Below are positions 27,994 to 35,931 of a DNA stretch of 64,000 bases, one piece after another. Origin of the DNA: Gemmatimonadota bacterium (GTDB taxonomy: Bacteria; Gemmatimonadota; Gemmatimonadetes; Gemmatimonadales; GWC2-71-9); contig JBDHDH010000024.1 in NCBI GenBank assembly GCA_039591615.1, positions 6,017 through 70,016 of the forward strand, read 5' to 3'. Within the stretch, counting starts at the first letter, position 1. Every line of letters starts with the position of its first letter. Below the pieces are notes generated by a model. It was not told where the DNA came from. It did not search any database and was given only the letters and a program-made list of their open reading frames with translations. A program made the position numbers and the translations under genes.

Positions 27994-30213
27994 ATGCCGA
28001 CCAGATCTCTCGACCCCATTCTCCGACCGGAGTCCATCGCGCTCATCGGCGCGTCGCGGCAACCGAACACCATCGGCTGGCATATCCTGGACAACCTGCT
28101 GAAGCATGGATTCCAGGGACCCGTCTATCCGGTCAATCCTCACGCCACCGCCATTCACTCGGTGCCGGCATACCCGTCCATTGCCGCCGTTCCCGGGCCG
28201 GTGGATCTGGCCGTGATCGCGGTCCCCAAGGAGTACGTCCTGGAGGTCTCGCGCCAATGCCTCGATGCCGGGGTCCGCGGCCTCGTGGTGATCTCGGCGG
28301 GTTTCAAGGAGGTGGGAGGCGCGGGTATCGAGCGGGAACGCGAGCTCATGGAGGTGATCCACTCGTCGGGCGTGCGTCTCGTTGGACCCAACTGCCTCGG
28401 CGTGATCAACACCGAGCCGGCGGTCGGCATGAACGCGTCCTTCGCCCCGACCATGCCACCGCCGGGACCGGTGGGGTTTATCAGCCAGTCGGGCGCGATG
28501 GGATTGAGCGTACTCGACTATGCACAGAGTCTCGGAATCGGGATCTCGATGTTCGTTTCGTCGGGCAACAAAGCGGACGTGAGCGGGAACGATCTCTTGG
28601 AGTACTGGCGGGACGATCCGAACACATCCGTCATGCTCATGTACATCGAGAGCTTCGGAAACCCTGCCCGATTCGTGGAGCTTGCGCGCAGCATCACGCA
28701 GGAGAAGCCCATCTGCGTCGTGAAGTCGGGTCGCACCGGTGCCGGCCAGCGAGCGGCCGCCTCACACACCGGGGCCCTCGGAGGGACCGAGCTCGCCACG
28801 GACGCCATCATTGCGCAGGCGGGGGCGATTCGTGTTCAGACGGTCGGCGAGCTGTTCGACCTCGCGATGGCATTCTCGAACCAGCCACTGCCAGCCGGCA
28901 ACCGGGTGGCCATCGTGACCAACGCGGGCGGTCCGGGCATCATGCTGGCCGATGCGTGCGAGTCCCAAGGCCTGGAGGTGCCCGCCCTGGCATCCGAAAC
29001 CGAACACGAGCTGCGGTCCAAGCTCCCGGAAGAAGCGAGTGTCAAGAACCCGGTCGATCTCATCGCCAGCGCCACGCCGCAGAGTTACGAGTTTGCCCTC
29101 GAGTGGGTATTCGACGATCCGAACGTCGATGCTGCTATTGCCGCCTTCGTTCCGCCTCTCGGCATCCAAGCCAGGGACGTGGCCGAGGCGATCGTCCGCG
29201 TGAACAGGAAGCATCCGGAGAAGCCACTCCTCGCGGTGTTGATGGGTCGCGAAGGCGTGCCAGCCGGCATGGCGGAGCTGCATGAAGCGCGCGTTCCCGC
29301 ATACATCTTTCCAGAGTCTGCCGCTCGGGCGCTGGGGGCGATGTGGCGACAGCGTCAGCGGACCGAGCGGCCGATGGGAGCGTTCGTCGAATTCGACACT
29401 GACGACGCCACCGTCACCGCAATCATCAACGACACCCTCGACGACGGACGCGCCAAGCTCTCGGAGCCGGACGCGATGCGATTGCTGGAGGCCTACGGCA
29501 TCGCCATGCTACCATGGGAGTTCGTGTCGAAGGAGGGGCCGGCGAGCCTTGCCGCAGGAGCGGCGGCAGCGGCGTCCCGCATCGGGCTGCCCGTCGCCAT
29601 CAAGATCGTGAGCCCGGACATCGTCCACAAAACCGACGTAGGCGGCGTGCAACTCGGCCTCCAGACCAAAACCGAGGTGGAGCGAGCCGTCCGGGCCATG
29701 ATACGACGGGTGACGGAAGCCAGGGAGGGCGGAGCGGAAAGCGAAGCGTGGGACGTAACGACGGGGGACACAGGCTCTGCCGTCAATCACCCAGGCTCCG
29801 CCTCGCCCCGAGAGCCCCGGATCAGCGGTGTCCTGGTCCAGCAAATGGGGGATGGTGGGACCGAGACGATCGTCGGGCTCACCCGCGTGCCCGGTGTAGG
29901 CCCGCTGGTGATGTTCGGGCTCGGCGGGATCTACGTGGAGGTGATGCGGGACGTCGTCCTCCGTCTATCCCCCCTGCGCGACAGCGACGCCAGTGAGATG
30001 GTGGGCACCGTCCGACTCCGCCAACTCCTAGAGGGTGTCCGCGGACAGCCACCGCGTGACGTGGCGGCCATCGCCCAGGCGATCCTCCGCCTCTCGCAGC
30101 TGGCGCAACGCCATCCGCGCATTCGAGAAATGGACATCAACCCGCTCTTGGCCCTCGAGCACGGAACGGTGGCAATCGACGCGAGAGTGCAGTTGGAAGA
30201 GGGCGGCCAATGA
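27994..30213 (+). CDS. Acetate--CoA ligase family (ADP-forming; CoA-binding + ATP-grasp)
   Basis: SIALIGAS, VGPNCLG, SQSGA, SGNKADV, KSGRT..GQRAAASHTGAL, HKTDVGGV, EMDINPL. Confidence 0.93.
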   Translation: MPTRSLDPILRPESIALIGASRQPNTIGWHILDNLLKHGFQGPVYPVNPHATAIHSVPAYPSIAAVPGPVDLAVIAVPKEYVLEVSRQCLDAGVRGLVVISAGFKEVGGAGIERERELMEVIHSSGVRLVGPNCLGVINTEPAVGMNASFAPTMPPPGPVGFISQSGAMGLSVLDYAQSLGIGISMFVSSGNKADVSGNDLLEYWRDDPNTSVMLMYIESFGNPARFVELARSITQEKPICVVKSGRTGAGQRAAASHTGALGGTELATDAIIAQAGAIRVQTVGELFDLAMAFSNQPLPAGNRVAIVTNAGGPGIMLADACESQGLEVPALASETEHELRSKLPEEASVKNPVDLIASATPQSYEFALEWVFDDPNVDAAIAAFVPPLGIQARDVAEAIVRVNRKHPEKPLLAVLMGREGVPAGMAELHEARVPAYIFPESAARALGAMWRQRQRTERPMGAFVEFDTDDATVTAIINDTLDDGRAKLSEPDAMRLLEAYGIAMLPWEFVSKEGPASLAAGAAAAASRIGLPVAIKIVSPDIVHKTDVGGVQLGLQTKTEVERAVRAMIRRVTEAREGGAESEAWDVTTGDTGSAVNHPGSASPREPRISGVLVQQMGDGGTETIVGLTRVPGVGPLVMFGLGGIYVEVMRDVVLRLSPLRDSDASEMVGTVRLRQLLEGVRGQPPRDVAAIAQAILRLSQLAQRHPRIREMDINPLLALEHGTVAIDARVQLEEGGQ

Positions 30214-30277
30214 CCGATCCGGAATGCCCAATGACCAATTCAGCATTGGGCATTCGGCGTTGAGCATTCAGTTCAAC
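30208..30277. repeat. Palindromic heptamer array between convergent genes
   Basis: CAATGAC..GAATGCC CAATGAC CAATTCA GCATTGG GCATTCG GCGTTGA GCATTCA; AATGCCCAATG pairs with CATTGGGCATT. Confidence 0.7.
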
Positions 30278-30288
30278 GTTCCCGGTTG

Positions 30289-31422
30289 CTACGTCCCGTA
30301 CGGCTGGTATCCTGCTGCCGCGTCGATGGCTGACTGGGGTCCCGAGACGACGGTCAGTTGATCGAGCCAATAGGCGTCGTCGTCGCGCAGCGCGATGATC
30401 ATCTGCCCGTAATCTTCCGACCAGTGGGACCGGTGGTAGCGCATGTAGATGAACCGCTCATCGGCTCCGGAGATCTCGATCTTTCCGGTCGCATGGGACA
30501 TGACGAAGCGCGCGCGCTTCGCCAGCCCTGAGACGCGCCGGTTTGCCTCCGTGAAAATCTGAAGCCCCTCGACGATGGGAACTTCATAAGGCTCATTACC
30601 CGCGGTCGGGCGCCCCTGGAAAACGTAGTACGGTGGGCAGCCCAGGAAGGACAATTCCCGAAAGAGCGTCGCGAAGGTCTGAGGTCGATCGTTCACACCG
30701 CGGACGATGGGGCATTGATTCACGATCTGCGCGCCGGCCTCGAGGAGGAGCCGCAGCGCCTCCCGTGCCGGGGGCGTCAGCTCCCGTGGATGATCGAAGT
30801 GGTTCATGACATACACTTGCGTCTTGCTACCACTGTATTCCCGGATCAAGCGGAGCAGGTCGGGATCGTCCAGCACCCGAAACGGATTGAACGCCACCAT
30901 CTTGGTGCCGATCCGGATGATGCGGACGTGCGGGACGGCAGCCACGTCGCTGAAGATCTTCTCCAACCGATGCGTCGACATGATCATGGGGTCGCCGCCC
31001 GTGAGGAGCACGTTGGTGATCTCCTCGTGTTCCGCGATGTAGTTGAGTCCGTCGCTGTAGTCGATGGAGGCGTCGTCGTTGTCATTCATGAACAGCCGCT
31101 TCCGGAAGCAGTAGCGGCAGTACGCCCCGCAAACCTCGTTGACCAAGAGCAGCGCCGTATCCGAATACTTGTGTTGGCACCCGCGAACCGGCGTGTAGCT
31201 CGCCTCCTCGCTGGCGTCCAGGTTGCCCCAGTCGTTCAACTCGTTCGCATCGGGAATGACCAGCCGCCGAATAGGATCGTCGGGGTCGTTCCAGTTGATG
31301 AGGTTCAGGTAGTAGTCGTTGAGACGGAAGACGTAGCGTGCGGCAACCGGCTCGAGGCGACGGCGTTCTTCGGGCGTGAGGCCGTCGAGCTGCGATAGGC
31401 GGGTGATATATCGGACACGCAA
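30289..31422 (-). CDS. KamA-family radical SAM protein (lysine 2,3-aminomutase-like)
   Basis: CGAYCRYCFRKR (CxxxCxxC), VLLTGGDP, NHFDHPRE, NQCPIVRGVND, PPYYVFQ. Confidence 0.9.
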   Translation of the reverse strand: MRVRYITRLSQLDGLTPEERRRLEPVAARYVFRLNDYYLNLINWNDPDDPIRRLVIPDANELNDWGNLDASEEASYTPVRGCQHKYSDTALLLVNEVCGAYCRYCFRKRLFMNDNDDASIDYSDGLNYIAEHEEITNVLLTGGDPMIMSTHRLEKIFSDVAAVPHVRIIRIGTKMVAFNPFRVLDDPDLLRLIREYSGSKTQVYVMNHFDHPRELTPPAREALRLLLEAGAQIVNQCPIVRGVNDRPQTFATLFRELSFLGCPPYYVFQGRPTAGNEPYEVPIVEGLQIFTEANRRVSGLAKRARFVMSHATGKIEISGADERFIYMRYHRSHWSEDYGQMIIALRDDDAYWLDQLTVVSGPQSAIDAAAGYQPYGT

Positions 31423-31570
31423 ATGCCCCTCCTAACGGCTCGTGTGTGCGAGTGCTTGCGCTCTATCCCCTCCACACAGGGTATTGTTATTCGACACCTG
31501 AAAGTTACGTGCCGGGCGAGGCGACGGCTATCCCGAAGACGGTACTACTCACACTGTGGAGTCAGTGTCA

Positions 31571-32468
31571 ATGCGCGTCTTCCTGACCGGCGGAACCGGG
31601 CTCATCGGGCGGCGGCTCGTGGGGGATCTCGTGGATGCCGGCGCTGAATGCGTCGTGCTCTCGCGGTCCGGGCGTAACCCGTGGAATAGCAATAGGGTAC
31701 GCGTCGTGGACGGAGACGCCACCGTCCCGGGCGCTTGGCAGGCCGAGGTGGCGCAGGTGGAGGTGGTGGTGAATCTGGCCGGCGAAACGCTCGTCCATCC
31801 TCTACATCGGTGGACCGAGGACCGGAAGAGGCGGATCCGAACCAGCCGAATCGAGACCACGCGCAACGTCGCACGAGCCATTGCACAGGCCGCATCCCCT
31901 CCCCGCGTGTTCGTGAGCGCCTCGGCAGTCGGCTATTACGGCGATGGCGGAGACCGGGTGCTCGACGAATCGGCTCTGCCGGGCGACGACTTCCTGGGGC
32001 GCCTCTGCGTCGAATGGGAGGAGGCCGCCCGGGCAGCCGAGGATGTGACGCGGGTGGTGCTCGTCCGCACGGGGATGGTCCTGGCGAAGAGAGGAGGCGT
32101 GCTCGATCAACTCCTCCCCCTCTTTGAGTTCTTCCTTGGCGGACCGTGGGGGAGCGGGCGGCAGTGGTGGCCCTGGATCCACTTGGCCGACGAGATCGGC
32201 CTCATCCGTTTCGCCATGGAACGAGACATCTCCGGGCCATTGAATCTCACTGCACCGAATCCCGTGACGGTCGAGGACTTCGCCACCGGGCTGGCCGACG
32301 CGCTGCGCCGACCGTCGTGGGCCAAGGCACCCGCCTTCGTACTGCGACTCACCCTCGGATGCCCTACTCGCTTCGCTCCGGGTGGTCCCGCGGCGGGCAC
32401 AAGAATCGGGGTATGCGTTCGCATTCCCGAAGTTGAAGGAAGCGCTTGCGGATCTCCTGAACGAATAA
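31571..32468 (+). pseudogene. TIGR01777 family NAD-dependent epimerase, frameshifted near the 3' end
   Basis: TGGTGLIG, VVNLAGE, SASAVGYYG, WPWIHLADE. The C-terminus DALLASLRVVPRRAQESGYAFAFPKLKEALADLLNE* is in another frame from 32358 to TAA 32466-32468. Confidence 0.85.
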
Positions 32469-32570
32469 CGCTGGACATTGGGCGATCGAATCAGGCTGGC
32501 GGCCCGGCGAACAGCGGGTTGCGGTGGAGACCGCGACCTCTCTCTCGGGTAGCGGCGCTCCCACCCCCCT

Positions 32571-33101
32571 ATGCGCAAGGCTCTCTGGGCGACGGTGATC
32601 ATCTTCCTGGCATTCGCCGCCGTGCTAACGCGCTTTGGAACGCGCTGGCCGGCTGTCTACTACATGACAGGTTCCTCGATGGAACCCACCATCTCTCCAC
32701 GGGAGCTATTCCTGGTCTGGGCTCCAGCCGGACAGATCGAGCTTGGTGATCTCGTCTTGTTTCGCTTCACCGATGAAGACGGTGAGTACCACGTGCTGCG
32801 ACGGGTGGCGGGACTCCCAGGGGACACCGTCGCGATGTGGAAGGGGCGCGCGATCGTCAACGGTCGACCACAGAGCTGGCCGTACCGCATTGAACGGCCG
32901 GAAGCATGGCGCTCCCCACTTGCTCTCGAGGGAAACCTGTTCACGTGGGGACCATGGGTCGTTCCGACCGATTCAGTTGTGCTCTTGGCGGACACCCGGG
33001 ACATGCTTGGCTGGCCCGACAGTCGCTTCGTGGGATTCGTCTCGCGATCCGCTATCGTGGGAAAGGCGGGGAGGGCTTTAACGGGACGGCAGCTCGAGTA
33101 A
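32571..33101 (+). CDS. Signal peptidase I (S26) homolog with atypical catalytic site
   Basis: TGSSMEPT (box B), RRVAGLPGD (box D, K replaced by R), PDSRFVGFV (degenerate box E). Confidence 0.75.
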   Translation: MRKALWATVIIFLAFAAVLTRFGTRWPAVYYMTGSSMEPTISPRELFLVWAPAGQIELGDLVLFRFTDEDGEYHVLRRVAGLPGDTVAMWKGRAIVNGRPQSWPYRIERPEAWRSPLALEGNLFTWGPWVVPTDSVVLLADTRDMLGWPDSRFVGFVSRSAIVGKAGRALTGRQLE

Positions 33102-33188
33102 GCAGGGGGCAGAGGGCAGAACTCCGCCTCTCGGCAGCCTGTGCGATCCCCGCACCGGTATTCGTTCAGCTTCCGGTCACTCTGCCCG

Positions 33189-33464
33189 TCACACCCCCGG
33201 CAGCTTCCTGGAGTCCTTGGACCCGTGGTGCACGCCGAGTCCGACGCCGGTCCCGAAGACGATGGCGGTTGCGGCTCCCACGACGGGGAGCAAAGCCACG
33301 ACGGGCGCTGCGAGGAGCGCAGCAGCCGCTCCGCCGATCACGGGAGCGGCGGGCTTATGCGCTGCGTCAACGAACCGGAGCCGACCGCGCACGAACTGCC
33401 GCGTCTTGATATAGCCGAAGGCCGAGGCCGCACCGGTAACGCCTAGCCATAGGATTTCGATCAT
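33189..33464 (-). CDS. Small membrane hypothetical protein
   Basis: Hydrophobic 91-aa ORF with RQFVRGRLRFVDA motif; convergent with the S26 gene. Confidence 0.7.
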   Translation of the reverse strand: MIEILWLGVTGAASAFGYIKTRQFVRGRLRFVDAAHKPAAPVIGGAAAALLAAPVVALLPVVGAATAIVFGTGVGLGVHHGSKDSRKLPGV

Positions 33465-33490
33465 GGTCGCTAACCCCTAGCTGGATTCTG

Positions 33491-33562
33491 GATACTCCCG
33501 CTCCTCCCGCTGCTTCCGCTACTTCTGCTGCTCCCGCCGCTCCCGCCACTCGCGCTGCTCCC
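33491..33562 (-). repeat. Eight-unit degenerate 9-mer tandem array
   Basis: GATACTCCC GCTCCTCCC GCTGCTTCC GCTACTTCT GCTGCTCCC GCCGCTCCC GCCACTCGC GCTGCTCCC. Confidence 0.85.
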
Positions 33563-33658
33563 GTGTCTCTATATACCACGACGGGCCAGACCGCGGGTGA
33601 GTTTCACCGCGGGTCCCGGGTACCTTGCGCGTCCCGTACCGCTGGAGCACCATTCGGG

Positions 33659-34297
33659 ATGATGCCGTCTGAGACGTTGTTGCGCTGGATCATCGAAGGG
33701 GAGTCACACATCAGCCGATTCCGCGAGAAGGAACGGATCGTCAATCAGGTAGTCATCCCCCTCCTTGCAAACGGCACGGTCAGAGAGCTCGCATCGGGCT
33801 ACCTCGTGAGCAAACGCCGAGGATGCCAAGTGTGGTTTATGGTACTCACCAACGATGGTCGTGTCGATGAGCTTCGAGCGGCCGTCGAGTCTCATCTCCG
33901 CGAGATCCCGTGGCGGCGCGAGCAGGCCGACGTCGACGACCCGTTGCTCGACCCAGATACCGTCTCATACCGGCAGCTCCTGCGGGAAGTCACCGATGTC
34001 GCCCTCGATCTGCATGGTGACCCGAATCTCATCGAGCACCAGATGCACTTGATTCATATCGCTTGCGGCACCGCGGACGCTGCCGGCGAGTTGCTCGACT
34101 TCCTCCATCAGTACAGCCGAACGTTCGCCGCCTTTCCCGAGCACCACAAGCTCGAATTCTGGACTGCATTCAAGCAGCCAAGTCCCCACCCCAAACTCCC
34201 CGTTCCCATCCAGTGCTTTTGGAACATCGTGCTGGGCTGCGAGCCGGCGCCCGGCGGGAATCCTGCAGCCGTAGCTGACTTGATCGGAATAGCGTAA
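33659..34297 (+). CDS. Hypothetical protein, family not recognised
   Basis: GGAG RBS then ATGATG; globular-looking composition; the only long ORF in this gap. Confidence 0.6.
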   Translation: MMPSETLLRWIIEGESHISRFREKERIVNQVVIPLLANGTVRELASGYLVSKRRGCQVWFMVLTNDGRVDELRAAVESHLREIPWRREQADVDDPLLDPDTVSYRQLLREVTDVALDLHGDPNLIEHQMHLIHIACGTADAAGELLDFLHQYSRTFAAFPEHHKLEFWTAFKQPSPHPKLPVPIQCFWNIVLGCEPAPGGNPAAVADLIGIA

Positions 34298-34400
34298 TCG
34301 GCGAGGCCGCTGGATGGGGCCAACCACAGACCGCACAGGCGCGCCATGCGCCTCGCCGTGCGGGCCGTGGGCGGTGGATCCGATCATCCGTCGGGAGTAG

Positions 34401-35861
34401 CTAGGATGGGTTGGGCGGGACCGCCTGGGGGGCTGGAGGAGGGGGTGAGGATCCGCCCGCACCGACGACGCGGTTTCTCCCTCGTCGTTTCGCCGCGTAG
34501 CAGGCCGCATCCGCCTGGGCGATCAGGCGGTCGGCGTTCACCGGATACTCCTCGGTGGCCGCCGTTCCGAGACTCAACGTCACCCCAATGGGCCGAGGTA
34601 TACCCTGCGTCACTAGCGGCACCGCCGTGACCGTTTGTCTAATGCGCTCGGCGAGATGCTGGGCGTCCGTGGGCCCCGTGTGTGGCAGCAGGACCAGGAA
34701 CTCCTCCCCGCCCCATCGAAAGAGGAGGTCATGTTCACGCATCACCCCGCGAACGCGGTTGGGCAGGAGCCGCAGCACCCGGTCTCCCACCTCGTGGCCG
34801 AACTCGTCGTTCACGGCTTTGAAGCTATCGATATCGAAGAACACGACGGAGACGCCCTGGCCGAGACGACGACTGCGCTCGACCTCCCGCTGAAAGAGAT
34901 CCGGAAAGGCCCGGCGATTGAAGCAGCCCGTGAGCACGTCCCTCAGCGCATGTCGGCGCTCCCGCTCACCGATGCTCGCCAGCGCCGCGCTGAACACCGA
35001 CGTCGTGAGCAGCGTCACGGCGAATAGCAGCGCCAGAAAGAGACCGATCTCACCGAAATGGGCGAGCACCGGCGTCCCCTGCGGCGTCAGCACGCTCGCC
35101 GCCACCTGCAGCGCTTCCGCCGCCATCCCGACGCCCTGGAAGACCAGCACGCCCAGAAGCCCGAGCGCGATGAGCATGAGCACGGCCGTACGGATGTAGC
35201 TCATGTGCCGCCGCGGGGGGATGCCCATCTGCCGATCGATCCACGGGCGCACCGTTGGTCCCATCCAGTGTAGCAGCGGCGGGACCAGTAGCCAGAACTG
35301 AATGAGATCGCCGATGAGCCAACCTTGCCAGATCCGCTGCCCGGTGGCCAAGTCCAGCCCTTGCGCGTTGTTCCACATCAGGGCCGCCAGTGACGAGGCC
35401 GTAGCGGCAATCAGCGTGACGACGAGATAGAGAACGAAGTGTCGGAGACCTCTCAGATCGGGGTGGATGTCGAGGGTGACCATCGATCCCCAGATCAGCA
35501 GCAGCTCGAGGGGCGTGACTGCGGCAAAGAGTGCCGCCACCGGAACCGTCATCCCGCCAAGGAGTCCGCTGGCGAATGTGGCCGCGTAGCCAGGGAGCAT
35601 CCCCCAGACGGGTCCCAGCCAGATGGTGAGCATCACGGTCACCAGAAGGGGCGGATACACGGTCACTCCCACCGTGAAGCCACCAACCGTCACCGGGAGT
35701 CCGCTCCAGCCGAAGCCGGCTTCGGCGATCGCCATGATGACCCCGAGCACTGCGATCACGAGCCACAGCGCCGTGATTCTCCGAACGCCGGGGCTGGCGA
35801 GCTGGCGCCACGCGACGTCGATCGGCCACCAGGTAGGCCCGAGGGCAAGCGTGTCGGGCAT
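34401..35861 (-). CDS. Diguanylate cyclase with multi-TM (MASE1-like) sensor
   Basis: DVLTGCFNRR, DIDSFKAVNDEFGHEVGD, RxxD I-site (REHD), GGEEF; 7 or more TMs; likely ATG 35861. Confidence 0.9.
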   Translation of the reverse strand: MPDTLALGPTWWPIDVAWRQLASPGVRRITALWLVIAVLGVIMAIAEAGFGWSGLPVTVGGFTVGVTVYPPLLVTVMLTIWLGPVWGMLPGYAATFASGLLGGMTVPVAALFAAVTPLELLLIWGSMVTLDIHPDLRGLRHFVLYLVVTLIAATASSLAALMWNNAQGLDLATGQRIWQGWLIGDLIQFWLLVPPLLHWMGPTVRPWIDRQMGIPPRRHMSYIRTAVLMLIALGLLGVLVFQGVGMAAEALQVAASVLTPQGTPVLAHFGEIGLFLALLFAVTLLTTSVFSAALASIGERERRHALRDVLTGCFNRRAFPDLFQREVERSRRLGQGVSVVFFDIDSFKAVNDEFGHEVGDRVLRLLPNRVRGVMREHDLLFRWGGEEFLVLLPHTGPTDAQHLAERIRQTVTAVPLVTQGIPRPIGVTLSLGTAATEEYPVNADRLIAQADAACYAAKRRGRNRVVGAGGSSPPPPAPQAVPPNPS

Positions 35862-35931
35862 AGGAGGGATTATTGGCGATAGGACGGATGGAGGGAAGGA
35901 CTGGGTGAGATGCGCTGATGTGTGTGCCGGG

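Noticed and set aside
32469-32749. C-terminal extension of the 397-aa ORF 31556-32749 as a real domain fusion
   Set aside because: It results from the frameshift at ~32357 and overlaps the S26 gene.
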